In this document: in pieces, positions 10,298 to 19,681 of the stretch
Numbering within the stretch: position 1 is the first letter of the stretch
How the letters are laid out: each line of letters begins with the position of its first letter
From: Vulcanimicrobiota bacterium
GTDB taxonomy: Bacteria; Vulcanimicrobiota; Vulcanimicrobiia; Vulcanimicrobiales; Vulcanimicrobiaceae
DNA length: 64,000 nucleotides
Reading direction: 5' to 3'
NCBI GenBank assembly: GCA_963695225.1
Contig: OY968762.1
Coordinates: 832,001-896,000 of the forward strand
Notes under the pieces: generated by a model
The model's database searches: none
Told to the model about the DNA's origin: nothing
Seen by the model: the letters and a program-made list of their open reading frames with translations, nothing else
Made by a program: the position numbers and the translations under genes

Positions 10298-11537
10298 TGG
10301 GAACGAGCTTGACCACGCCGTCCTGCGTGGTCGAGCCCTCGAGACCGGCGACGGCCTCGCGCGCGGTCGCCGCCCGCGTCTTGTCGAGGTACGTCTGGGC
10401 CTTCTCGACCTCGCTCGAGAGCGTCTCGACCGTCTGCTGCATGCTGGCGAGCGCCTTCACCTTGTAATCGGCGACGGCGTCCATGGTCGCGTAGACGTTG
10501 TCGAACGCGCGCTGCAGCTGCGCGACGTTCACCGTGGCCCCGGAAGCCTGCTCGTAGATTCGCCCCGTCTGCTGGCGCAGCATCTGCGCCGTCGATTCGA
10601 TCAGATTCCCCGTCGTCGTGTTGAGCGCGGAGATCTGGTCGAGCACGAGCTTCTCGTTCGTGAGCGCCTGCGCGACGATGATCGCCGTGCGCAGCGCCGC
10701 AACCGTCGTCGTCGTCGCGCGGTCGACGCCTTTGATCAGCTCCACGTTGTTCTTCTTGATCAGGTCGAGCGCGAGATAGCCTTGCACGTTGACGGCCATC
10801 TGCGTCAGCAGGTCCGTGACTTTCTGCCGCGTGTAGAACAGCACGTCCTCGCGCAGGATCTTCGCACGCGCGGGGTCCGTCTTATCGAGCTCGTCGAGGC
10901 GCGCGGAGAGCGCCGCATCCAGCTTCTTTCCGAGATAGATGAACTGCTCCAGGCGCTGCATCAGCGCCCACATCCGCGCCTTCTCCTGTTCCACGGCGGC
11001 GTTGTCTTTCTGCAACTCGTCCTTGCTTCGGTAGAGCGTCTCGATGATCGCATTCAGGTGCGATTGAGAGGAACGGTAGCTGTCGAAATACGCCGTGACT
11101 TTCGAACCGAGCGGGATGAGGCCGAGCAGCTTGCGCGGCGCGAAGAGGTCGCCTTGCCGCGAAGGATCGAGCCGTTCGACCGTCTGGCGCAGGTCGAGCA
11201 GGCTCTTGGCCACGGGCGATTGGGCGTTGAAGATGCCGTCGCCCATCGCGTTCACCGGCCGGTCGAGCATCCGGTTCGACATCGATGCGGCCTGCGCGAT
11301 CTCCGCGCTCCCAAGGGTGCTGATCGCATCGACGCGCGCTTTGAAATCCGCGCCGTTGACGTCGAGGCTCGTCACGTCTCCGACGAATTGCGCGATCTGA
11401 GCGTCGAGCTTCGCCGTCTCCTCTTTACTGAGCGGGACCGCGGCCTCCGTCTGCGCAGGAGCTACGGCCGCGACGGGGGCCGGCGGGGTCAAGACGAGCG
11501 CATCGGTAGCGGGCTGCGTGGAGTGATCGGTTGACAC
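10290..11537 (-). CDS. Toxic anion resistance protein (TelA/KlaA family)
   Basis: Coiled-coil protein with LQKDN, NNVELIKGVDRA, ALRTA motifs. Confidence 0.85.
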   Translation of the reverse strand: MSTDHSTQPATDALVLTPPAPVAAVAPAQTEAAVPLSKEETAKLDAQIAQFVGDVTSLDVNGADFKARVDAISTLGSAEIAQAASMSNRMLDRPVNAMGDGIFNAQSPVAKSLLDLRQTVERLDPSRQGDLFAPRKLLGLIPLGSKVTAYFDSYRSSQSHLNAIIETLYRSKDELQKDNAAVEQEKARMWALMQRLEQFIYLGKKLDAALSARLDELDKTDPARAKILREDVLFYTRQKVTDLLTQMAVNVQGYLALDLIKKNNVELIKGVDRATTTTVAALRTAIIVAQALTNEKLVLDQISALNTTTGNLIESTAQMLRQQTGRIYEQASGATVNVAQLQRAFDNVYATMDAVADYKVKALASMQQTVETLSSEVEKAQTYLDKTRAATAREAVAGLEGSTTQDGVVKLVPNA

Positions 11538-11556
11538 GTGTGTCTCCTTGGGGACC

Positions 11557-12675
11557 TTAAGCGTTGTTGAACTGCCGCTCGATATCGCGGATCATGCTCT
11601 CGAGGATCTCGTAGCTGGGCGGATCCACGACGTCGATCAGCGTATCCGGCGCGTGGACGCCGTTCTTGCGCCAGAAGTCCTTCGCGTAGGCCGCGTCCGC
11701 GGTGCGCAGGCCGTGCTCGGCGGCGAGGCGCTGCAAATCCGGATCGGATTCGAGCAGCCGGCCGACTTTCGCGCCCTTCTCGTCGAACGGCACGAGCTCG
11801 TGTTTCGTGTACACCGTCGGCTTGGGGTAAAGCAGGATCATGTCGGGGTTTCGCGCGTTCGGGTGTTCGATCAGATACTCGATGAACTGCGCCTCGTAGA
11901 CCATGACGAGCGGCGACTTGCCCATGCCGATCGTCGTGTAGTCCTCGAAGGGCCCCGCCGAGCTCGATTCCTGGTACCCTTGCCGCAGGAAGAGCGGCGC
12001 CGCCGCCGGCATGACCTTCGCGACTTGCGCCTCGTTCGACACGATCTCGTTGTCGTTGAGCAGATACGAGGCGAGCGCGAGATACATCGCCGCCGAATTC
12101 GATTGGCGCACGTCCGTCGACGAGACCAGGATCGATTTCCCGACGTCGTAGGATTCGTGGTGCGCGAGCTCGTTCCAGCGCTTTCGCTCCGTGATGAGCC
12201 GAATGAGCCCCTTCATATCGACGATGTAGTACTCGGCTCCGACCTGCTTGACGATTCCGTTCGCGATGAGGATTCCGCCGATCGGCCGCCACGACGCGAC
12301 CACCATGGGCGTGAAGAACGGCGAGAACGACTGCGTGACGTGCTTAGCCTGCATCAGCTTCTTCGCCGCCGGCACGCCCGCGGGGAAGCCGAAATCGTAC
12401 CCGGAGAGATCGGAACGGGTCGCGATGTCGCGGGAACCGGCGGTATCCACCCGCAAGTCGACGCCGTTGCGGCGCAGCACCGCGATGACGCGCGGGTCCG
12501 TCAGGAAGTCTTTCTTCTCGGAGCCGACCAAACCGCGTACGATGACGACGGCGGCGGCCTCGCGAGCCGCTTGCTGCGCCGCGCGCTGTTGCCCGGCCGA
12601 TATGAAAACGGCCAAGCCCACCCCGATGATGAGAGCGATCAGAAGGACGGGGGCTACGATTCTCTGGACCCGCAT
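11557..12675 (-). CDS. Membrane-anchored extracellular solute-binding-like protein
   Basis: N-terminal TM, GSEK, SPFFTPMV, SNSAAMYLAL, YEAQF. Confidence 0.75.
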   Translation of the reverse strand: MRVQRIVAPVLLIALIIGVGLAVFISAGQQRAAQQAAREAAAVVIVRGLVGSEKKDFLTDPRVIAVLRRNGVDLRVDTAGSRDIATRSDLSGYDFGFPAGVPAAKKLMQAKHVTQSFSPFFTPMVVASWRPIGGILIANGIVKQVGAEYYIVDMKGLIRLITERKRWNELAHHESYDVGKSILVSSTDVRQSNSAAMYLALASYLLNDNEIVSNEAQVAKVMPAAAPLFLRQGYQESSSAGPFEDYTTIGMGKSPLVMVYEAQFIEYLIEHPNARNPDMILLYPKPTVYTKHELVPFDEKGAKVGRLLESDPDLQRLAAEHGLRTADAAYAKDFWRKNGVHAPDTLIDVVDPPSYEILESMIRDIERQFNNA

Positions 12676-12834
12676 GCGCCTGTTCCTACCTTATCGGCTA
12701 CAGCGGAGTTTCACTGCAGCGAGGCACACCGCAGTTGCGTCGCGACGCATGCGCTCGCGCCGCGCATCGGCGCACAATCTTATGAAGATTAAGACGATAT
12801 AAGGATTGCGGAACGTTGCTGGCCTATGCGACGA

Positions 12835-12862
12835 GAAAGCGGGACGGCCGCGCCGTCCCGCT
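12835..12862 (-). terminator. Probable terminator hairpin
   Basis: AGCGGGACGG/CCGTCCCGCT stem downstream of the ferritin-like gene; only a short T tract. Confidence 0.55.
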
Positions 12863-12885
12863 ACGAATTCTACCGTTTCGGTTCG

Positions 12886-13416
12886 TTAGGAGACGAAGTA
12901 CTTATACGGTTCGGTGCCCTGCTTCAGAGTGTAGGCGAGGATCGCGACGTGGGTCGTCTCGTTGCCCAAGATCGAGGCGGCCACTTTGGCCAGGCCGCGA
13001 TCCTTGAAGGACGGGATCACGGAGAGATACGTCGACGCGGCCTGACGCTCGACGCTCTCGGCGAAAGCCAGGATGTCGTTCTGTGTCTTCAGCTCCGGGT
13101 ATTTCAGGGCGGTGGTCTTGTCGTTCGGCGTGGCTCCGGCTGCTTTGACGGCACCGGTCAGCGCGTCGAGGTGTGCCGTGTGATCGGCTAGGAAGCCCTT
13201 GGCGACCTCGAGGATCGGTGCTTCCAGAATGTTGAGTCCGGCCGCGTCCTTGTACGCCTTGATGCCGGCGCGCTCGAGTGAGATCGCGACCTGCATGATC
13301 CCGATGTCGCCCTCGTCGGCAGCTTCGGCAGCGGCGATGAACGGGCCCAAGAGAGCGGGCCCAAACGCAGCCAAGGCCGTTCCGGTGGCGAGCAGCTTCT
13401 TGCGAGAGACATTCAT
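12886..13416 (-). CDS. Exported ferritin-like domain protein
   Basis: AGGGGAG RBS; Tat-like SRKKLL signal; LE..Y, DHTAH, E..A..Y, ILGNETTH four-helix-bundle motifs. Confidence 0.8.
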   Translation of the reverse strand: MNVSRKKLLATGTALAAFGPALLGPFIAAAEAADEGDIGIMQVAISLERAGIKAYKDAAGLNILEAPILEVAKGFLADHTAHLDALTGAVKAAGATPNDKTTALKYPELKTQNDILAFAESVERQAASTYLSVIPSFKDRGLAKVAASILGNETTHVAILAYTLKQGTEPYKYFVS

Positions 13417-13863
13417 GAGTGCTCCCCTTTTGCGTGGAAGAACGTAGGTGTGAGCTTGCCCCGGTAGGGATGATTCCGTAGTGAAATTACTGCGTTTGAC
13501 TCGGCGGCGTTCGTCGTCGTTCCCGATCAATTGCGCTTCGGGCGATCTCACTCTCGGCACGGCGCTGGATTACTACGGCATGCGCTGCCGCAGGAAGACG
13601 CTCGGTCTGCGACCGCCTTTGAGAATCGCCTGCAGAGCTACGTTCCGGCGGTTCTCGATGGGAAGCAGAAAGTGTGGCGATTCGTCTTCCATCGCCCTAT
13701 AGGATAGCTCCGCAACCCAGTCGTTATGCGTGCCCTGAGGTGCGACGAAAGAGGGGCGCAACGACCGATCGAGTTGACAATCGTCAAGTCCGAGCCGAAA
13801 TACCACTAGGAGTTCATCCTACCACCCGCACCCGAGCAGAATGGGGTTGCCGAATCGTCACGG

Positions 13864-14063
13864 GGACGCTCAGGCTCGAGTGAGTCTGGCAGCATCGGTC
13901 TCGCGACCTACGAAGAGGCGAAGGCCACAAATCACCGCCTGGGTCAAGCATTACAACGAGTCGCGCCCACAATCGCGGCTCGACTATCTCCCGCCGGCCG
14001 AATGGCGCCGCTGACAGGCCGCAATAAACGCCTGATCCGTCCAGAATCCGGGGTGTCACTTCA
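13864..14063 (+). pseudogene. IS3-family transposase C-terminal relic with right terminal repeat
   Basis: Degraded TL.LE*VWQHR..TYEEAK..ITAWVKHYNESRPQSRLDYLPPAEW, followed by an end reading ...GGGGTGTCACTTCA. Confidence 0.7.
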
Positions 14064-14182
14064 CCTTCGCGGCTTTGCCGCCAATGATCCAAGCGCATCG
14101 CCAGATCATGCCGCAGCCGTTCGGTATGATTCACGTCTTCATAGCCGGCGCGCCGGCATGCCGCTGAGCGCCGGCCTTCGAA

Positions 14183-15103
14183 TTACTTTGCGCGACGCAG
14201 CGGCGGAGGGATGTAGCGAAAGCGATCCCGTTCCCAACCGGCCGCATAACTGCAAGCACTGTAGATGCTGTCCAGGAACGACGCTAGCATACCGTCGGGG
14301 TTCATCGAGCTTCGAACTGCCTCGTAGGGAAGGATCCATTCCTTCGCCTGGTTCGACCACTCTGCTGCTGCGGGCAAGATCGGCAGCGATTCGCACCCGT
14401 CAGGCTGCGGGAAAATGTATCCGTAGAAAATCGGCGGACCCGCATCGTCTCCAAGATAGAAGCCGACGTTCATCATCTCCGTGTCCAGTTCGTACTTGGG
14501 AAGATAGCCGCGATCACCAGGCGCTTCTGCGTGCTCTCCGCTAAAGAGCAGCAGCGAGAAATCGAGCGCTCCCCACCACAGATACAAACCCATGCGGCCG
14601 GCAAAGTGAGAGCGCCAGCGATCGAGCGCCCCGCTGATCGATATCATGGCTCTATGCCAGCGTCGAGCCTCGAGCGGATCGAACAGCGCCGGGCGCCGGT
14701 CTACGTCGAGCGGCGTCCGATCGGCAATCTCTTGCGGTATTGGAGACAACGATGCGGCAACGCCCGCGGCCGCGAGGGCGCCGTGAAGCTCTGAGAAGAC
14801 GTGCGCAACGGTGCACGGCTCGCTCAGCGCAATACTCCTGCGCGCGCCGTCGCTGGATTCGAACGTCATTTCCACGGAGAAGACGTCAACCGACACCTGA
14901 ATCGACCTGCCGTCGTAGGGTATCAAACCGGTGGTAAAACCGCGCGGCGTCAGCGCGAGCGCGGTAAACAAGAAGTTCGGTTGGTGTGGTGAGAGTGCCA
15001 GGCGAAGTTTGCCGAGCATCTGCGCATACAGATGTAAACTTTTTCTTGTCGGTGCCCAGGAAGAGGCGTCGAGCGCTGGCCACGGGTCCGTCGGATCGTG
15101 CAT
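14183..15103 (-). CDS. DUF5996-family protein
   Basis: WPAL, LHLYAQMLGKLRL, WWGALD, FYGYIFPQP, EWILPYEAVR, FLDSIY, GW motifs. Confidence 0.75.
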   Translation of the reverse strand: MHDPTDPWPALDASSWAPTRKSLHLYAQMLGKLRLALSPHQPNFLFTALALTPRGFTTGLIPYDGRSIQVSVDVFSVEMTFESSDGARRSIALSEPCTVAHVFSELHGALAAAGVAASLSPIPQEIADRTPLDVDRRPALFDPLEARRWHRAMISISGALDRWRSHFAGRMGLYLWWGALDFSLLLFSGEHAEAPGDRGYLPKYELDTEMMNVGFYLGDDAGPPIFYGYIFPQPDGCESLPILPAAAEWSNQAKEWILPYEAVRSSMNPDGMLASFLDSIYSACSYAAGWERDRFRYIPPPLRRAK

Positions 15104-15116
15104 TGCGCCGGCGGCC

Positions 15117-15887
15117 TTACGAGCGCTCGACCGGCGGAACGTAGTGCCCGTCGCGCCACTCAAGCGCCGTGCGCATGACGTGACGCAACGAGAGCAGCGA
15201 GCGGGTATATTCTTCGCACACTGGGGGGAGCAGGTCGGCGAGCCGTGCGATCGTCATCGTGGGCGGTTCGAGGCCGGAGGGGTAAGGGGCGTTCGCGGCA
15301 TTCAGCCAGACGGCCGTCAGCCCGGCGGCGGCTGCGCCGTGGATGTCGCGAATCGGGTCGTTGCCGACGTACCAGATGCGGTCTGCCGGCAGGCCGAGAG
15401 CCTTCGCGAGCGCGTCGAAGGCTTCTCGCGCTGGTTTTTCTACCCCGATGTCTTCGGAAACCAGCACGCGCCCCGTAAAGCCTGCACACGCAGCCTCGCG
15501 CTGTGCGATGCGGGACCAGCCGTTGCAAAGGACCGCCGTGGGAATGCCCAGCGAATCGACGCGGTCCAATAGCTGCCGGGTTTCAGCCGACGCTGCGATA
15601 GAACGCGCGGCATTTCGGTCGGCGATTTGGCGGAAGCGCGTGATGAGGGCAAATCCCGACATCGACCCGCCCAGGAGGGCGGCGGCCGTGTCTGCCAGTC
15701 GGGCGGGCTTCATCATCGCGCCTGTGCCGGCCGGGAAGAGCTCGTTTGCCGCCTCCGTCGCATCGCCTGTCCGGAACGGCTCGCCCTGCGCCGCCCAGCG
15801 CTCTCGCAGAAGCTCGATGAAGGCCTCGCGCTCCAAAGGCAGCGGGGCGGTCAGCGTGCCACGTAGCGCGAACCCCAGACCGATCAT
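15117..15887 (-). CDS. HAD-family hydrolase
   Basis: EKP, YVGNDPIRDIHGA motifs; motif I is degenerate (FALRGTL). Confidence 0.75.
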   Translation of the reverse strand: MIGLGFALRGTLTAPLPLEREAFIELLRERWAAQGEPFRTGDATEAANELFPAGTGAMMKPARLADTAAALLGGSMSGFALITRFRQIADRNAARSIAASAETRQLLDRVDSLGIPTAVLCNGWSRIAQREAACAGFTGRVLVSEDIGVEKPAREAFDALAKALGLPADRIWYVGNDPIRDIHGAAAAGLTAVWLNAANAPYPSGLEPPTMTIARLADLLPPVCEEYTRSLLSLRHVMRTALEWRDGHYVPPVERS

Positions 15888-15919
15888 CGAGCACCGCCGA
15901 GCATGAGAGGTTCTGAGCT

Positions 15920-16618
15920 ATGAACGCGCACGATCCGAATCCTGCTGAAAACAAGGTCTGGTACTTGAAGAAGTCGCGATTGTTCAGCGCGGCAACCGAC
16001 GACGTGGTGCGCGAGTGCGAGCATTATTTCACGCAGGTCGCCTTCAAGCGCCGGCAGCCGATCTTCGAGCAAGGCGATCCCGGCCGACTCGTGTACCTCG
16101 TGAAGAGTGGGCGCGTGCGAATCGCAAGAGCGACTGAGGACGGCAGCGATCTTACCATCGCGATTCTCGGCCCGGGCGATCTGTTCGGCGAAGAAGTCGC
16201 CTTTCACGAGGTCGTCCGCACGACGTGCGCGGTGTGCGTTGAAGACTCCATGCTCTGCTCCGCGAACGGTAAGGATCTCTTCGAGCTCATGACTCGGCAT
16301 GCTGCGCTCGCCGTCAACATTGCTCGATACCTTGGCGAACAACGGGACCAGGCACTTTCGGTCGCCGAGGATCTAGCATATCTCAAAGTTCCCGAACGCC
16401 TTACGCGGCTGCTCGAGCGTCTCGCATCCGAGCATGGCAAGCCTTCCGGCGACGGGACACTCATCGACGTGAATCTGACGCACTACGATATCGCCTCCCT
16501 GATCGGCAGCACGCGCGAGACGGTGTCTCTGCAAATGAAGCGTTTGGAGAACGAAGGACGCATCCGCATCGCAAGAAAGAGAATAGTCCTGCGAGACCTC
16601 GCCCCGATGCCGCGGTGA
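15920..16618 (+). CDS. Crp/Fnr family transcriptional regulator
   Basis: cNMP domain (GDLFGE) and HTH LTHYDIASLIGSTRETVS. Confidence 0.92.
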   Translation: MNAHDPNPAENKVWYLKKSRLFSAATDDVVRECEHYFTQVAFKRRQPIFEQGDPGRLVYLVKSGRVRIARATEDGSDLTIAILGPGDLFGEEVAFHEVVRTTCAVCVEDSMLCSANGKDLFELMTRHAALAVNIARYLGEQRDQALSVAEDLAYLKVPERLTRLLERLASEHGKPSGDGTLIDVNLTHYDIASLIGSTRETVSLQMKRLENEGRIRIARKRIVLRDLAPMPR

Positions 16619-16722
16619 GACTTGGACCACCCATGGTTCCGCGTTCGCTTCACGTTCTCACCTTAGCGTATCGCATTCTGAGCGGCCGGTAAGCGCCGTT
16701 ACATGCCGCTCCAGCGGCCCTG

Positions 16723-17661
16723 ATGTATGGTACCGAAGTGAGCGAGATGAGAGGCACTGCCATCGTGTTCGACCGCTACGGCGGGCCCGACGTTTTGAGG
16801 CTTTCGGAGGTCGACGTCCCGGAGCCCGGCGCCGGTCGCGTGCGGATTCGAGTGAAGACCGCAAGCGTCAATCCTTTCGACATCAAGCTTCGCCGCGGCG
16901 ACTTGGCGCAGATGTTCCCCGTCCAGTTCCCCGCCACGCCCGGGATCGACGTCGCGGGCACCGTTGACGCCGTCGGCCCCGGTGTCGGCGGCGTAGCGGC
17001 CGGCGACGACGTCCTCGGCGTAGCCGAAACGGGATCGTACGCACAATACTCCTTCCTCGCGGCCCCGTTGAGGAAGCCTCCGGGGATGAGCTGGGAGCTG
17101 GCTGCGGCGCTGCCGACGGTGGGCGAGGCCGCCCTCCGCGCGCTCAGTCACCTGCATCTTGCCGCCGGTGAAACGGTCTTGATCCACGGGGCCGCCGGCA
17201 GCGTCGGCGCGATCGCTACGCAGCTCGCGATCGCTCGCGGCGCGATCGTGATCGGCTCGGTCGGCGAACGCGACGAGGATCGCACGCGTGCGCTCGGCGC
17301 GATCCCCGTTCGCTACGGCGAGGGGCTCGCCGAGCGGGTCCGCGCGATCGCGCCGCGTGGGGTTGATGCAGTCTTGGACACCGCCGGGCACGGCGTACTG
17401 CCTGTTTCGATCGATCTCGCCGGCGGCGCGCAACGCGTCGTGACGATCGCCGATATGGATGCCGCCAAGTATGGCGTGCGCTTCACCGGCGGAGGTCCGG
17501 GCGACAGCGTGTCGGGAGCCTTGCAAGAGGTCGTCGATCTCGCTGCAGCGGGCAAGCTTGACCTCACGATCTGGCGGAGCTATCCGCTGGCCGAGGCCGC
17601 GCGCGCGCATGCCGATCTTGAAGCCGGTGCAAATCGCGGCAAAATCATTCTTGTAGCCTGA
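16723..17661 (+). CDS. NADP-dependent oxidoreductase (MDR, quinone reductase-like)
   Basis: YGGPDVL, VNPFD, GIDVAG, HGAAGSVG, GKIIL. Start may be 16747. Confidence 0.9.
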   Translation: MYGTEVSEMRGTAIVFDRYGGPDVLRLSEVDVPEPGAGRVRIRVKTASVNPFDIKLRRGDLAQMFPVQFPATPGIDVAGTVDAVGPGVGGVAAGDDVLGVAETGSYAQYSFLAAPLRKPPGMSWELAAALPTVGEAALRALSHLHLAAGETVLIHGAAGSVGAIATQLAIARGAIVIGSVGERDEDRTRALGAIPVRYGEGLAERVRAIAPRGVDAVLDTAGHGVLPVSIDLAGGAQRVVTIADMDAAKYGVRFTGGGPGDSVSGALQEVVDLAAAGKLDLTIWRSYPLAEAARAHADLEAGANRGKIILVA

Positions 17662-17683
17662 TGCTGCGCTCGCGACGCTGCAC

Positions 17684-18538
17684 GTGAATCCAAGCGCATC
17701 GGCGGCGAGCCCATCGAAGTTGCATTGGGACCATTATGCGATCGAGGCGGCCGGCACGGCCATGCTCCTCTTCACCGCCGGCATCGGTACGGTAGCGCTG
17801 CAGTATCATCTCTCGCCGCTGCGGCAAACCGTCCCCGTAGCGATCGAACGCCGATTTCTGATGGGCGTGCTCATGGGTTCTGCGATCGCGGTACTCGTCT
17901 ACTCACGTTTCGGCGCGCGGTCCGGGGCACATTTCAATCCCGCCGTCACCTTCAGCTTCTTCCGGCTTGGAAAGATCCCGGGCCACGACGCCCTCGCGTA
18001 TATTATCGCTCAGTTCCTCGGCGCACTCGCGGGCGTTGCCGTGGTTGCGGCATTTCTGCGCCCAGTGCTCGGCGATTCGGACGTGCGCTGGTATGCTACC
18101 ACCCCGGGCAGCTATGGGCCGATAGCCGCGTTTGCCGCCGAATTCGCGATCTCGTTCGTATTATTCTCGACCGTCTTGCTGGTTTCAAACAGCCCGCGCT
18201 TTTCGAAATACACCGGGTTAGCCGTGGGCACATTGGTCCTGGGCTATATCACTTTCGAGGCCCCGCTCTCCGGCATGAGCATGAACCCAGCCCGTAGTGC
18301 CGCGACGGCCGCGGCCGGGTCCATCTACGAAAGTCTCTGGATCTACTTCTTAGCGCCGCTCGCCGGGATGCTGACGGCGAGCGAGGCGTACCTTCGGCTG
18401 CCGGGCAGGCGCGTGGTGCACTGCGCAAAGATCAACCACGACTCGCCCGACGCGTTCCCTTGCATATTCTACTGCGACTACGCGCAGCTTCGTAATGGCG
18501 CTTACGAAGAAGACAGCAGCGTCGTGGTACGCTCCTGA
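17684..18538 (+). CDS. MIP/aquaporin family protein
   Basis: SGAHFNPAVT and SMNPARS NPA motifs. Confidence 0.92.
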   Translation: MNPSASAASPSKLHWDHYAIEAAGTAMLLFTAGIGTVALQYHLSPLRQTVPVAIERRFLMGVLMGSAIAVLVYSRFGARSGAHFNPAVTFSFFRLGKIPGHDALAYIIAQFLGALAGVAVVAAFLRPVLGDSDVRWYATTPGSYGPIAAFAAEFAISFVLFSTVLLVSNSPRFSKYTGLAVGTLVLGYITFEAPLSGMSMNPARSAATAAAGSIYESLWIYFLAPLAGMLTASEAYLRLPGRRVVHCAKINHDSPDAFPCIFYCDYAQLRNGAYEEDSSVVVRS

Positions 18539-18574
18539 TCGACTTATGAGAAGCGTTCTGGAGGGGCAGTATCC

Positions 18575-19681
18575 GTGAAAGCTCTTGCCGTCTACAGGTC
18601 AAACGGATCGGGCATCCGCGTCGTCGACGTCGCGAAGCCTGAGCTTTCGCAGATCGAAAGCGGACGTGGAGCCCTGGTTCGCGTCTTGCGCGTCGGCGTC
18701 GATGGAACCGATAAGGAGATCCTTCAGGGCGAATACGGGTCGCCGCCGCCGGGTGAAGACTTCCTGATCTCCGGTCACGAGAGCTTCGGCGTGGTCGAAG
18801 CCGTCGGCCCCAACGTCACGGACTTGGCCGCCGGAGACTTCGTTGTCGCGACCGTCCGACGGCCGGGAACGAGCCGCTATGATGCGATCGGCACGTCCGA
18901 TATGACGACCGACGACGTCTATTTCGAGCGCGGCATCAACTTGCGTCACGGCTTTCTGGCGGAGTATTACGTCGAAGAGGAAGAGTTTCTGGTTCGCGTT
19001 CCCGGAAAGCTCAAAGAGATCGGCGTGCTGCTCGAGCCGGCGAGCGTCATTGAGAAGGGCATCGCGCAAGCGTATGAGATTCAGCGCCGGCTGCGAATCT
19101 GGCAGCCACGTTGCGCGGCGATCTTGGGAGCCGGGACGATCGGGCTGCTCGCGACCATGGCGCTGCGTCTTCGCGGCCTCGAAGTCCATACGTTTGCGCG
19201 CGAGCCGGCCCCAAACCTGAACGCGAGTCGCGTCGAAGAACTCGGTGCGCATTACCACGCGACCAAGGAAAGGCCGTTCCCGGATATCGCCGCCGGTCTG
19301 CCGCCATTCGACATCATTTTCGAAGCGACCGGCTTCGCACCCCTCGTCTTTGATGCCATGGAACAGCTCGGAAAGAACGGCGTCCTGATCCTCTCGTCGG
19401 TGACCGGCGGTTCCCGAACGTACGAGATTTGCGCCGACCGCATCAATCTCAATTTCGTCCTCGGCAACAAGGTGATGGTCGGTACCGTCAACGCTAATCG
19501 CGAGTACTTTGAGATCGGTGTGAAGGACCTGGCGACGGCCGAAGCTCGCTGGCCCGGATGGTGCGAGTCCCTCATAACCCATCGCGTCAAGGGCTTGGAG
19601 AATCACGAAGAGCTCCTCGATTTGCTTTGTCACAGCAAGCATGCAATCAAAGTCCTTTGCGAAGTCGCACCCCTGCCATGA
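18575..19681 (+). CDS. Zn-dependent glucose 1-dehydrogenase (archaeal-type MDR)
   Basis: VGVDGTD, GHE, VATVRRP, ERGI, GAGTIG, GTVNA motifs. Confidence 0.85.
   Translation: MKALAVYRSNGSGIRVVDVAKPELSQIESGRGALVRVLRVGVDGTDKEILQGEYGSPPPGEDFLISGHESFGVVEAVGPNVTDLAAGDFVVATVRRPGTSRYDAIGTSDMTTDDVYFERGINLRHGFLAEYYVEEEEFLVRVPGKLKEIGVLLEPASVIEKGIAQAYEIQRRLRIWQPRCAAILGAGTIGLLATMALRLRGLEVHTFAREPAPNLNASRVEELGAHYHATKERPFPDIAAGLPPFDIIFEATGFAPLVFDAMEQLGKNGVLILSSVTGGSRTYEICADRINLNFVLGNKVMVGTVNANREYFEIGVKDLATAEARWPGWCESLITHRVKGLENHEELLDLLCHSKHAIKVLCEVAPLP

Noticed and set aside
13551..13560. CTCTCGGCAC resembling the tRNA-Phe 3' end
   Set aside because: Only about 10 bp, opposite orientation, no T-arm; likely chance.
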